DNA from: Auanema rhodensis
Lineage: Eukaryota > Animalia > Nematoda
Assembly (NCBI GenBank): GCA_964057225.1
Contig: OZ059896.1
Span: forward strand, 11,408,001-11,472,000
Direction of reading: 5' to 3'
DNA: 64,000 nucleotides
Both the position numbers and the translations under genes were made by a program. How positions within the stretch are numbered: the stretch's first letter is position 1; each line of letters starts with the position of its first letter. Positions 25,178 to 36,789 of this stretch are shown piece by piece. Below the pieces are notes generated by a model. That model searched no databases, was not told the origin of the DNA, and worked only from the letters and a program-made list of their open reading frames with translations.

Positions 25178-25642
25178 TTATTCAACAGTTATACAATACC
25201 ACATTTTTATTTTCGAAGGTTTAAAAGATAGTTTAGGGCAGTTTTGTTTGTCGCTCGGCTCGTGTTGTGAATGTTCTCCGTCACTATTGCTGCGGCATCT
25301 TTTTGATTGGGTTGAATGTACAAACTCCTCAGCTTTTTCAAAGGGTTTGCTGGTATCATTTCCATCACCATCTTCACCATTCGTTCCATTATTATTATGA
25401 ATACGCCGAATATGACGCTCACAATTGAATCTTGTTCCAAAAGTTTCACTACAATGAGGGCACAAACGTCTACGAACACCATCCAAATGTCCATATTTTT
25501 GAATAAAGTCAGCATTGCTGATATAATTGTTACATATGGGTTGAATCCCTGCATGTCTTTTCAAAACGTGATCACTAAAATGCTTGGTTGAAGAAAATAT
25601 TTCCTTGCATGTACCACAATATTTGTTACATAAAAGTTCCAT
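25178..25642 (-). CDS. Double C2H2 zinc-finger protein (B)
   Basis: CGTCKEIFSSTKHFSDHVLKRH and CPHCSETFGTRFNCERHIRRIH; conserved in A and D. Confidence 0.8.
   Translation of the reverse strand: MELLCNKYCGTCKEIFSSTKHFSDHVLKRHAGIQPICNNYISNADFIQKYGHLDGVRRRLCPHCSETFGTRFNCERHIRRIHNNNGTNGEDGDGNDTSKPFEKAEEFVHSTQSKRCRSNSDGEHSQHEPSDKQNCPKLSFKPSKIKMWYCITVE
25207..25554 (-). CDS. Overprinted hydrophobic/membrane protein, 115 aa, alternative frame inside the C2H2 gene (B)
   Basis: Open in all three copies and more conserved than the C2H2 frame across the 3' half. Confidence 0.7.
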   Translation of the reverse strand: MQGFNPYVTIISAMLTLFKNMDIWMVFVDVCALIVVKLLEQDSIVSVIFGVFIIIMERMVKMVMEMIPANPLKKLRSLYIQPNQKDAAAIVTENIHNTSRATNKTALNYLLNLRK

Positions 25643-25683
25643 TAGAGGAAAATGAAAAACGACCACACGCAATCAACCCACTT

Positions 25684-25854
25684 TTATATAATGAGCAATA
25701 ATATGACTAGTGTTGTACAAAAGCCCAATCCCAATGCTATACCTTTAATAAATGGCACTGAAATACATTTCAACATTCTCCTGTATAAAGGCGCTGGTTT
25801 AGATTGCTCCAACGTGTATTTGACACATAATTCACAGTGACAAGGAATATTCAT
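25684..25854 (-). CDS. 56-aa microprotein with CxCxxC and C-terminal TM helix (B)
   Basis: MNIPCHCELC...GIALGLGFCTTLVILLLII; same length and frame in A and D. Confidence 0.72.
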   Translation of the reverse strand: MNIPCHCELCVKYTLEQSKPAPLYRRMLKCISVPFIKGIALGLGFCTTLVILLLII

Positions 25855-25895
25855 AACTGACCACGTAATGTAGCAGATTATTAATGACAAATTTC

Positions 25896-26351
25896 TTATA
25901 TAGTAGCCAATTTATAGTCGAATACTTTATGCATAAACGCTTTAATAAAGACATCATCATTTTTCAATAGTTTAAAAAATGAACAAATGCTTTCAAATGA
26001 ATTACCAGCCGACAACATTAATATTACAAATACCACATAGCCACCACAAGTGTATTCAATTAAACGTTGTGGTTTGCAAGTATTTATTTTTACCTTTTTA
26101 TATTTGGCCAGATAATTTTGAATGTACTTGTTCATTTTATATCCCAAGCTACAGAAAAAATAGGCTTGCTTGTTACGGACAAAGATGACCTGCCAATGTG
26201 TGCCTGGCTTATCATGTGTGTCAGTATTTACGACAAGTGCAAAGTTTTTACGACGCGTTTTGGGTAGAGTATCAGCGCTATATACACCGAGGAATAGTTT
26301 CCGAGTGCTGGGGACAGATTGCAATAGTGATACTATTTCAGACGAATACAT
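25896..26351 (-). CDS. Adenain-like cysteine maturation protease (B)
   Basis: VNTD..PGTHW and Q....TCGGY. Confidence 0.9.
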   Translation of the reverse strand: MYSSEIVSLLQSVPSTRKLFLGVYSADTLPKTRRKNFALVVNTDTHDKPGTHWQVIFVRNKQAYFFCSLGYKMNKYIQNYLAKYKKVKINTCKPQRLIEYTCGGYVVFVILMLSAGNSFESICSFFKLLKNDDVFIKAFMHKVFDYKLATI

Positions 26352-26402
26352 TTTAGTAGAATGATCTAGTGTAACTTTTGTATTGCGCGCGTGCGGTTCG
26401 AT

Positions 26403-26855
26403 ATGCCGCACCTCCTTTTGGATGTCAACTCTATTCAATGGACAACACTTTTAAATCAACAAATGGGTGGCGCCCCATTTAGCGGAATGATGTTTCAACG
26501 TGGAATGCAGAGGGGTCATGGTTTGGGTGGTATTTTGGCAACTTTGGCATCATTTCTACCACGCATCATTCAATCACCTATAGCCCAAAATCTCATCAAT
26601 GCCGGAAGAAACGCCTTATCCAGTGCTGTAAGCAATAGTCCAGTTGTAAATTCACCTCTTGGCGGACAGTTGCTGAAAACTGGTAATGAAATTGTTAATG
26701 GGGTGCTGAAAGGCGATAATATCAAGGAAACTCTTAAAACGGCCGGCCGGCAAGCTATACGAGATCTTACTGGCTTGGGCAAACGGCGACGACGCAAAAC
26801 CACAAAACCTCATAAGCGGTTGTGCATCACTCGTGAGCGGTCGTTTCACATTTAA
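26403..26855 (+). CDS. Putative virion core/membrane-active precursor with protease-site motifs (B)
   Basis: QQMGG, QRGHGLGG and LTGLG-KRRRRK; amphipathic LATLASFLP; stop abuts the MCP ATG. Confidence 0.75.
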   Translation: MPHLLLDVNSIQWTTLLNQQMGGAPFSGMMFQRGMQRGHGLGGILATLASFLPRIIQSPIAQNLINAGRNALSSAVSNSPVVNSPLGGQLLKTGNEIVNGVLKGDNIKETLKTAGRQAIRDLTGLGKRRRRKTTKPHKRLCITRERSFHI

Positions 26856-28190
26856 ATGGCTAAATTGATAGATTCAAAATCAGCACAAGCCCTTTTACCT
26901 AATATCAACTATGGTGATATACCTGCGTCGGCATTAGGTGTTGAATCCACTCGTACTGTACAAGTCCCTTTGAAAAATACTTTTCTTCCTCAAGGACCAT
27001 GGGAATTTGTTATAGCTCAAAATTCCAAATCATTCCTCAATCTGAGAAGATGTTGGTTGAATGTAAAATTTAAAATTGTAACCACAAACGGTGATCCAGT
27101 ACCAGACAACCTTGTTTTTGCACCATGTCAACAATTTGCTGCCAGTTTAATACATTCGTATCATTTGAAAATTGGCGATGTTAGCGTGTATGACTCTACC
27201 GTGAATCATGCCTATAAAACATACATCGAGAATATTTTAATGTATAGCAACGATGTTAAAGAGAGCAAACTTGCCATATCAGGCTATTATGCTGATAGAT
27301 ATATAGATAATGCATCCAGTGCTGGATTTAGAACGCGTCAAACGCTTGTAAAAAATGGCATATTGTGTGAGATGGCTGCTCCCGTCAGTATCGACCTATT
27401 TAATCAAGAGCGACTGTTTGTAAACTATTCAAAAATGGAGCTAACTGCATATCCAAACCGTGATAACTTTTTAATTGACACTCTAGGCTGGAATAATGAA
27501 AACAAGGATACTACATTAAAGGAGGAGTTTCCAAATTTGAAAGTAGATATCAGCGATGTACATTTGCTCATTCAAGAGTTTGATCTAAACGCTGGATTAG
27601 CTATGGCTATAGAAGATAAACTCGCAAAGGATCGAATACACTACCCCATGACATCAGTGAAAATGCGCTCTTATTTCATAGAAGGAGGCCGCTTGGATTC
27701 ACCTAATAATATATTATTCACGTCTCATACACCGAAACGTGTTGTAGTAGGTCTTGTTGGCGCACACGCCTATAATGGTACTTTTAAACATTCGCCATTC
27801 AACTTTAAACCGTTTGATTTGAAAAATATATACTTGACGCTCAACAATAGGGTAATACCTACCCGTCCTTATAATTTAGAATGGCGATCTTCCTATGCCA
27901 CAGCATATATTGACATGCTCGAAGGTTTGGGACTTGGTCGTACAGATTCATCCAATGGTATTACACCAGCAATGTATAAAGCTGGTTTCACATTTTTTGT
28001 ATTTGATATTTCTCCTACTGTGCATTCGTCAGAGTTATTTGATGTTATACGACAAGGTAATGTAGCCTTGAAATTGGAATTTGGTCAACAAACGCCGCAA
28101 GAGGGCTTATATGCAATTGTTTATGCAGAGTATGACTCTATTCTTTCAATTGACAACAATCGTGCTCCATATATTGATACCAGTTTGTAA
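26856..28190 (+). CDS. Major capsid protein (double jelly-roll), 444 aa (B)
   Basis: GPWEF, TPKRVVVGLV..AYNG..KHSPFNFKPF, GFTFFVFDISP and IVYAEYD, typical of Polinton MCP. Confidence 0.92.
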   Translation: MAKLIDSKSAQALLPNINYGDIPASALGVESTRTVQVPLKNTFLPQGPWEFVIAQNSKSFLNLRRCWLNVKFKIVTTNGDPVPDNLVFAPCQQFAASLIHSYHLKIGDVSVYDSTVNHAYKTYIENILMYSNDVKESKLAISGYYADRYIDNASSAGFRTRQTLVKNGILCEMAAPVSIDLFNQERLFVNYSKMELTAYPNRDNFLIDTLGWNNENKDTTLKEEFPNLKVDISDVHLLIQEFDLNAGLAMAIEDKLAKDRIHYPMTSVKMRSYFIEGGRLDSPNNILFTSHTPKRVVVGLVGAHAYNGTFKHSPFNFKPFDLKNIYLTLNNRVIPTRPYNLEWRSSYATAYIDMLEGLGLGRTDSSNGITPAMYKAGFTFFVFDISPTVHSSELFDVIRQGNVALKLEFGQQTPQEGLYAIVYAEYDSILSIDNNRAPYIDTSL

Positions 28191-28328
28191 TGTATGTAAT
28201 AAAATTCTTTAAAAGATTTAAGAATAAAATTTATTAATACAACTATTTTTAAAAATAAATACATGTACAATGATAAAATTTTATAAATACAAATATATAC
28301 AAGATAAAAATTTATAAATTCAAATATA

Positions 28329-31300
28329 TTAAACACAATAACCGTAGGGTAAAGTACTATAATCTTGTAGATAACAAAGTTTATCCATTACAACTCTAGT
28401 ACTTTTTGTCATATCCATTGTGGATATGGCACCGAGTTGCCTCTTTAACAATGTCGTATTGGTTTTTAAAACCAATTTCTCTCCATCCATAACGAGTCCG
28501 CGAACCAGTCGCTCCATACTTTCAAAGTTTACCACTGACGCTGCCGTGTGGTCCAACGTCTGAAAATTATAAAATTATTTGAAAAGTCAAAGCTCGTACT
28601 TACCACTCCCTTTGCCTTTGTTACATATTTCACATCACCAGCTGCATTTACAAGTTTATAACTATAAACTTTTGCTGCTGGTGACACAAACTTGGTCATT
28701 GACCAACCATCGGGTATTTCAGAGGTTAGTTTACCTAACCATTCACCCTTCATATCCTCAATTGGATCTGGCTCATCCAGGCACCTTTGATAAATTAGTG
28801 AATCCGTGTCTAAATAATGTAAGTTTAAATTGAATACAAGTATAACATTACCTGTATACACCAAATTCTTTCCAATTTTCTCCATTGCCTTATACAATAG
28901 TAGCCTTGCATGAGCGGTTGTATAGGCCGCAATAGCTACATTTGTAAAAGGCGGTGGTGCCAAATGTGAATCCTCTGGTACTGTTGTGCAGTACGCAACA
29001 TTATCCACAATTTTGAACCCAGTGAGTTCCCTTGCAGGATCAGTAATGATCCTACCAATTTCTGGGTCCTCAACACCAATAATCTTGGTTTGGGCTTTAT
29101 CAGGTCTTTGACCCATTTTACCCCAGACACTATAAGCAAATTTGTAATGTATTGTTTTAAAAAGTTTACAAACCTATTTAGCTGCAGTTTGGCAATGCTA
29201 CGCATGGCAGCATTCTTCTCAATTTTATTGCTCTCCAGAGCAACACCAGTGTTCTCCTCGTGCTCTTGGAGATAAATCACCTGTAAAATTCTATTTAATG
29301 TAATACTTTTATTAAAACATACCTTTTCTTCCTCTGTCATGTTTGGCTTTGGCCAGCCCGACGCCTCTTGTTTAATTTTTATGTACTTTTGTACAAATTC
29401 TTTAAACAGGCCGCCTTGTTGCCATTCTTCCCAATGCCACACCTCATGCACATTAAGCACTTTATAGCCACGTTGTATGGCACACTCGAGCTCAACATGT
29501 GTCACGGTTAGATGCAGCTTTCTAGCATTTACATCATTCTGGTGCTCACATGTTACATTTTTACTTTTGACTGCACAAGTGCGGCAGTTTGTAAAAATAA
29601 GTTTACCGCCAATACGTGTGCCTAATACAGGGTACAGCAAATTTGTGGGTGCAAGCACGTCACATTTTACTAGCCCCTTGTATGGGCAACATGTCTCAAA
29701 GCTTTTGAAACCCTCAGTAATAACTTTGGGATTACCTACAGGGTAATAGGCATCAAAGGCTGTGACATATGGATATAGTGAACAAAAGTCCACATACTCG
29801 AGCGAGTATCTATCCGAAGCTTGTGCCAAAAGCTTATATGTCTGGGTGCGGCCACCGGTAAAGGCATCTCTAGGTGCCAAGCGTGTAACAACATTTGTTT
29901 CACGCATAAATTTCGCCATTTCTTCATTGGCCGAAATTTGAGCATTAATTTCGTGCTCCCACACTGTGGTAACACTAATGCCTTGGCTTTGAATTGCTTC
30001 AAGCCTTTTCATGGTTTTATCATAAACCTAAATTTTAAAAGTTAAAATGATTAAAAAAGTCACAATTACCTCTTCCATTGTTTCACCATTTCTGCCTGGT
30101 GCTATAGCGCTCTTGTTGGTGCACTGGGGGCAACCATGGTAAATGCAACCATTAATCTACAAAAATTTGAATTTTTTACATTTATCACAAATTACTCACC
30201 TCATAGCCATGATTGGCAACGCGGTCATAAGCATCGAGTAGATAGCGATGGCCATCTACTCTCACTGCAAATTCGCCACCATTAAGCTTATGCATTAATG
30301 GGCGCCCCAATCCTTGTTCTAGCCATTTTATATACTTTATGGCTATTATACTCTGCTTTTGACCGGCATAATAACCAGTCTCGGGCAGAATACCCACTTG
30401 GTTCTCTTTAATATGATTCATTTTCAGCTGTAATATACTAGTTTTGAAAATGCTTGTATTTGAAAAAACTTGCCTGGAATAAAGAGAAACTGGCAAATGT
30501 CATACACTGTATGACAGGGTTCCAGCCAGTGGTGGCGGTTGCCAACTTCATGTAAACTTTCATACAGTTGGTTAAAATACGGACATCTGTCCTACAATAT
30601 TCCAAAAGCTCTTCATCAAAATCAAACACTCTTTGATTACGCTCTTCATACCAAATATTGAATGAAGCTAGGTCTTCTGCTTTCATTCTAGCAGTACAAT
30701 AGTACTGTTTTGGTGGTAAAGATGGTAACACTTTGCCATAATTTATTGGATGGTTAAAGAGGTAAGGAAACTGTCCTTTACTCATATCAGGTACACCAAA
30801 TGCCTTGGGTAACGCTGATAGGGGTAAAGGCACTAATAAATAACTATCTTTAAAATATAAATGATTAAATTTTTGACCTCTTAAAGGCTTGACAACCATG
30901 CTTATAATCTTGGTCCCATTTAAAATTGGATCAGGATATATTCCACGGTTTATCAGCCTAGACACCAAGAAATGTATGTCAAAGCGTGAACCATTATGCG
31001 CAATCAAAATTGCATTATCATTCTCAACAGAGTTGAGTAACCAATCAAGGAAACGATCAGTTACAGACCATTCACTATCACCTTGTTGGTACCCAAAATG
31101 GCCCTCCTTGGTTGTGCATTTTTCGCATGAATTGGCGTCTATACAACTTTCACAAAATTTATTATACACAACCATATTGGGCCATTGTTCATCTGCATAT
31201 TCATGAACATTTGTACCGCTTTTTAACACAACCGTTTCAAAGTCATAGAATATAATCTTAAACAAGAAAGTATTACACTTGTAAAGATGTTAAATACAAA

Positions 31301-33529
31301 CCTTGTATTTCTCTTGCCTCTTTTTTAACTGATCCTTCTTCTTGTCGTTAGGTGGTACCCAACAACAAGAGTGATCTTCAGGCTTTGTTTGCCCACACTT
31401 TTTGCAAAATTTCTCATTGCAATTGTGCGGTCTATCAGCACGCACCCTGTGATAATGATCACAGTTTTCACATGTCTGAATTTAGTCATGTTAAATTTTA
31501 TATATATTTTTTAAATTACCTTAAACATTCGACATGTTTTTCTAATATGCCTGTCAAAGCATTGACGAGTTTTGAACAAAACTCTACAACTATCACATCT
31601 TATGCTACTCTCAACCACATTTTCCATCGAATTACATTTTAAGGTGTGGCATTTCTTACACTTGGCTTTACATCTATGCAACACTGTTTTGTAAGATAAT
31701 TTACAGTGTTGGCATATAATACCATCAAAAATCTGTGATCTACTACAAGTTGTAATACAGTCATAATGATTATTTCGGTAGCCTAGTGTTACCACTTTGC
31801 TAGCCGTTTCATTAAAGATACGCTGAATAGCGTACATACGCTGTCCAGGTGGCCTAGCGTATACTACAAACTTATAGTCTGTATTACAACTTGCAATAAT
31901 ATTTAAATGGTTCAAATTATAATTTGGTAAATGTACAGAAATACCACACCTATTCAATAAATTGATATGATGTGGTTGATTTGGCAACAAGATGTAGTTG
32001 CGACGAAGATTTTGAATCCTCCGCTTCTCAACAACATCTTCTGCTGCCTCTTCATCGGCTCTCCACATTCCCACAACTGCTGCTCTAGCCAGGCAATGAG
32101 TGTCAGTGTTTTCAATTGTGCCAGGTATTTTGAGTTCGGCATCAAAATAGAAACCAACTCTACCTTCACCAGGCATCAGGCTTGGCTGCACTGGTCTCTC
32201 ATCAAACACATACATTTCAATATTCATTGCCTGGCTAATTACAGCCTCTCGCTTTGATTGCTGCACCTTGCTGATGGCATTCATGATGGCAACGCCATCC
32301 AAATGCTCCCTTCTACGGAAATCCATAAATATGGATCCCTTTTCAAAGGATGGGTGCTCTATTGATAGACAAAATAGCGCTTTTTGTTTATCTGGCACAC
32401 CACTTTCAGCAAGGCACCGATCAAGAAACTCATTAAATAGCCGCGGCATGACAACATGCATTGGCTCATTAATGGCTTCCAAATGTGGGAACGTGAGCGA
32501 TCTAACGACCACGTTGGTGAACCGACCAGTGCGTTTTATGCGTCGGTGTGACCACTATAATACACACTTTTTATAATGGTTATACGCTTTTAGTTTAAAT
32601 ATAAATAATTTTTGTTTATAACTTTTAATAAATTTACTTTTCTTTAAATTATTTTTATTAATGTTTAAAAATAAATGGCATTTGATTTTTAAATATAAAG
32701 TTTTTTTTTTTCAACTTTGAAAAAACTTTTATAAACATTTGTTAATGTTTAAAAATTAATGAGAAGGTCGAGATGGTGTTTTATTATTTTACTAGTTCAA
32801 AATGTTTGAAATATTTATAATTTGTAAGAATTCAAAATTGGTTGAAAGAAAGATAGATAGTGAGATGAAATGTAAAGATTTTAAAATGAATGCTGTTCAA
32901 AAGAATGAATATGTAAATTTCAAAATACTTGCAATTTGTTTGATAAAAGATATAGATTGAGATGAAATGTAAAGATGAGAAAGAGAGAATTTTATGAATG
33001 CAATTGAAAAAGAGAAATAAATTTCAAAATGTTTTCAAAATATGCAACTGGAGCAAGAGAAAATTTCATGTTTCAAAAGATATATTATGAAATGATATGT
33101 AAATAAAAGATCGCACCTCTATTTTACAGACATCGTTGAAAGCCGCTCCATATCCGACTTGCCCTCCACTGGTTGATGGGGTAGCGGGATCCCATTCTCT
33201 TAAAAAGAAAAAACTAATTGTTATAATTTTTAATATCGCTTACTCATCACTGTCATCCAAGGTTATTACTTCAATAACCCTTGATGATGAGGGCCCACTG
33301 TTAAAAGTGGGTGATGTGGGCTCACAGAGCTCGATCCAACCAGCCTCGGTAAACTTTATACGTTTACTAAAAAACAAAATATATATAAAGATTCAAAATA
33401 TTGTTAAATTACCTGAGCTGATTAATCTCTTCATAATCAAATCCTAGCTCTTCACATAAACGTTTATAACTGAAAAAAGAAAAAGTTTACAAACAAATAA
33501 ACAAAAAGACACAACCTATTAGCAGCCAT
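28329..33529 (-). CDS. Protein-primed DNA polymerase B, 14 exons (B), apparently intact
   Basis: YDFET, AHNGSRFD and YCRTDV exonuclease motifs; DFCSLYP, KLQLNSVWGK and YTDTDS polymerase motifs after splicing. Confidence 0.93.
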
Positions 33530-33736
33530 TGTACCTTGATATAATGAATATATCAGTCTACACATTGCTGTTGGCATTGTAATTTGTTATGTAACATGGA
33601 TTTGGGTACAGCTGTCAAAACTAGCAGTTGCGATAAACTTTAAAATAAATAAGCTTATTGAATACATCTGTTTTTATTGTCCCCGTCGGATTAATTTTTG
33701 TTATTAGTTCTTATTAAATTAACTTTATGCGTTTCA

Positions 33737-34828
33737 TTGAGGTCAGCGCAACTGTCTGTTAATCCCGTCGTATTTACCTTCAATGTGTGCTCTATTTAGT
33801 TATTGTATTGTTATATTAGTAAAATAAAGTTTAAAACTAATCTTTTATTATAATTTGAAACCTTTACTTGTTAGAATAAATATAATTAATAACAATTTGT
33901 AATTTCAAAAATTAATAATTTAATGTCGTTCTTATCGAATTAACTTTCGATATGTGTTCCATTAAATTTTGGTATTTTATATCGTTCTTATCGAATTAAC
34001 CTTCGATATGTGTTCCATTAAATTTTGGTATTTCATATCGTTCTGATCGAATTAACTTTCGATATGTGTTCCATTAAATTTTGGTATTTCATATCGTTCT
34101 TATCGAATTAACTTTCGATATGTGTTCCATTGAATTACCCGTAACAAGTACGGTGAACAAAACGATATACATGCAAAAATTTTATTTTCTTTAAAATAAA
34201 AACAATACAAACACAATACAATAAAAAATAAACAAATCAAGTAAACAAACATTATTAATAAATATAATAAAGAAATAAAGAAATAAATAAAATTTAAAAA
34301 CAAATTTATATATTTAAAATTTAAATATAATTTATATATAAAATTTAAAGTTTAACTATAATTTATATATATAAAATTTAAATATAATTTAAATATTTAA
34401 AGTTTAAATATAATTTATATATATATAAAATTTAAATATAATTTAAATATTTAAAATTAAGATTTTTATTTTTACTTAATATATTTAAAAATAATTGAAA
34501 ATATATACATACATTTGAAAAAGCATATTTAAATTTGATTTTAAAAAAAAAAATTTTTAAAAAAAAAATCAAAAAAAAAAAAAAAAAATCATGCTTTAAA
34601 TCATGACTTTTATATTTAAAAAAGGAAAATCCATGAACCATGATCCTAAAATATGATTTTAACAGCTGACGCTCAAAAATATGTTTTTGACAGCTGACGC
34701 GCCCCAAAAATATGTTTTTGACAGCTGACGCGCCCCAAAAGTATGTTTTTAGCAGCTGACGCCCCCAAAAGTATGTTTTTGACAGCTGTTTGGGGGCGTG
34801 GTTAGTAAATTTTGCACGGCTCTCTACT
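33737..34828 (-). repeat. Right TIR of element B
   Basis: Inverted copy of 19076-20015 with extra repeat units. Confidence 0.92.
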
Positions 34829-34834
34829 GCTGTA

Positions 34835-36651
34835 TTTATCATGGTTGCCCCCAGTGCACCAACAAGACTGCTATTGCACCAGGCAGAAATGGTGAAACAA
34901 TGGAAGAGGTAACCAATACTTTTTTAAATCATTTTAAGCTGAAACATTTAGGTTTATGAAAAAACCATGAAAAGGCTTGAGGCTATTCAAAGCCAGGGCA
35001 TTAGTGTAACCACTGTGTGGGAACACGAAATTACTGCTCAAATGTCATCAAATGAGCAAATGGCAAATTTTATGAAGGACACTGAGGTTGTAACTCGATT
35101 GGCACCTTGAGATGCCTTCACCGGCGGCCGAACTCAAACATATAAGCTTCTGGCCCAAGCTTCGGATAGATACTCACTAGAGTATGTGGACTTTTGTTCA
35201 CTTTATCCATATGTAACGGCATTTGATGCCTATTACCCTGTGGGTAATCCTAAAGTGATTACTGAGGGCTTTGAGAGTTTTGAGGCATGCTGCCCATACA
35301 AGGGCCTTGTGAAATGTGACGTGCTTGCACCCACAAATTTGTTGTATCCTGTATTAGGAACAAGCATAGGCGGTAAATTAATTTTTACAAACTGCCGCAC
35401 ATGTGCAAACAGAGGCAAAAATGTAACATGCCCGCACCAAGATGATGAAGACGCTCGAAAGCTGCATCTGACTGCAACGCATGTAGAGCTCGAATGTGCC
35501 ATACAGCGTGGCTACAAAGTGCTTCATGTTTATGAGGTTTGGCACTGGGATGAATGGCAGCAAGGCGGCCTATTCAAGGATTTTGTACAAAAGTACATAA
35601 AAATTAAGCAAGAGGCATCGGGCTGGCCTAAGCTAAATATGACAGAGGCTGAAAAGGTATGTTTCATAAAAAGTATGGCATTAAATAGAATTTTACAGCT
35701 AAAATATCTCCAAGAGCACGAGGAGAACACTGGTGTTGCTCTGGAGAGCAACAAAATTGAAAAGAATGCGGCCATGCGTAGCATTGCCAAACTACAGCTG
35801 AATAGGTATGTAAACTTTTAAAAATAAAAATTTACAAATTTGTTTATAGTGTATGGGGTAAAATGGGTCAAAGACCGGATAAAGCCCAAACCAAGATTAT
35901 TGGTGTTGAGGATCCTGAAATTGGTAGGATCATAACTGATCCTGCAAGGGAACTCACGGGCTTCAAAATTGTGGACGATGTGGCGTACTGTACAACAGTG
36001 CCAGAAGACTCACACTTGGCACCAGCGCCATTTACAAATGTAGCCATAGCGGCTTATACAACCGCTCATGCAAGGCTACTATTGTATAAGGCAATGGAAA
36101 AAATTGGAAAGAACTTGGTGTATACAGGTAATTTTATACTTTGTATACAATTTAAACGTACATCATTTAGACACCGATTCTCTAATTTATTTAAAATGCC
36201 TCGATCAGCCTGATCCAATTGAGGATATGAAGTGTGAATGGTTAGGTAAACTAACCTCAGAAATACCCGATGGTTGGTCAATGACCAAATTTGTTTCACC
36301 AGCTGCAAAAGTTTATAGTTATGAGCTAGTAAATGCAGCTGGTCAGGTCAAGTATATCACCAAGGCAAAGGGAGTGGTAAGTATAAAAATATATTATTGA
36401 GAAACTTTTTAAAATTACAGACGCTGGACCACACGGCAGCCACCGTGGTAAACTATCAAAGTATGGAGCGATTGGTTCGAGGACTCGTGATGGATGGAGA
36501 AAAATTGGTTTTAAAAACCAAAACAACGTTATTAAAGAGGCAGCTTGGTGCCATATCCACGATGGACATGACAAAGAGTACCAAGGTCGTAATGGATAAA
36601 CTTTGTTATCTAGACGATTTTAGTACTTTACCTTATGGTTATTGTGAATAA
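34835..36651 (+). pseudogene. pPolB of element A, 3' part (exons 9-14)
   Basis: Continues ..IYHGCPQC; premature stop CGA>TGA at 35108-35110 relative to D. Confidence 0.9.
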
Positions 36652-36789
36652 TTTTCAATATATTTGAATTTATAAATTTTATTATTGCGTGTATATTTGT
36701 ATATGGTTGTATTTATAGATTTTTATGTATAGTTGTATTAATAAATTTTATTCTTCTCATCAAATGTTTTAAAGAGTTTATTACATACA

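Larger units (their letters stand above)
19076..34828 (-). mobile_element. Complete Maverick/Polinton element B (subfamily B), 15,753 bp
   Basis: 5'-AGTAGAG...CTCTACT-3' termini and TIRs of about 1 kb. Perfect TSD GCTGTA at 19070-19075 and 34829-34834; the empty site has a single GCTGTA in D at 56781-56786. All ORFs appear open. Confidence 0.97.

Noticed and set aside
33136-33447. Recurrent 103-aa ORF (also 48507-48818 and 63446-63757)
   Set aside because: It is antisense to pPolB exons 2-4 and recurs only because the copies are near-identical; subfamily A does not keep it with the same bounds.
34432-34842. ORFs spanning TIR junctions (also 47314-47514, 47436-47648, 62105-62371, 13657-13876)
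   Set aside because: They are translations of repetitive non-coding TIR sequence fused to whatever flank was hit.
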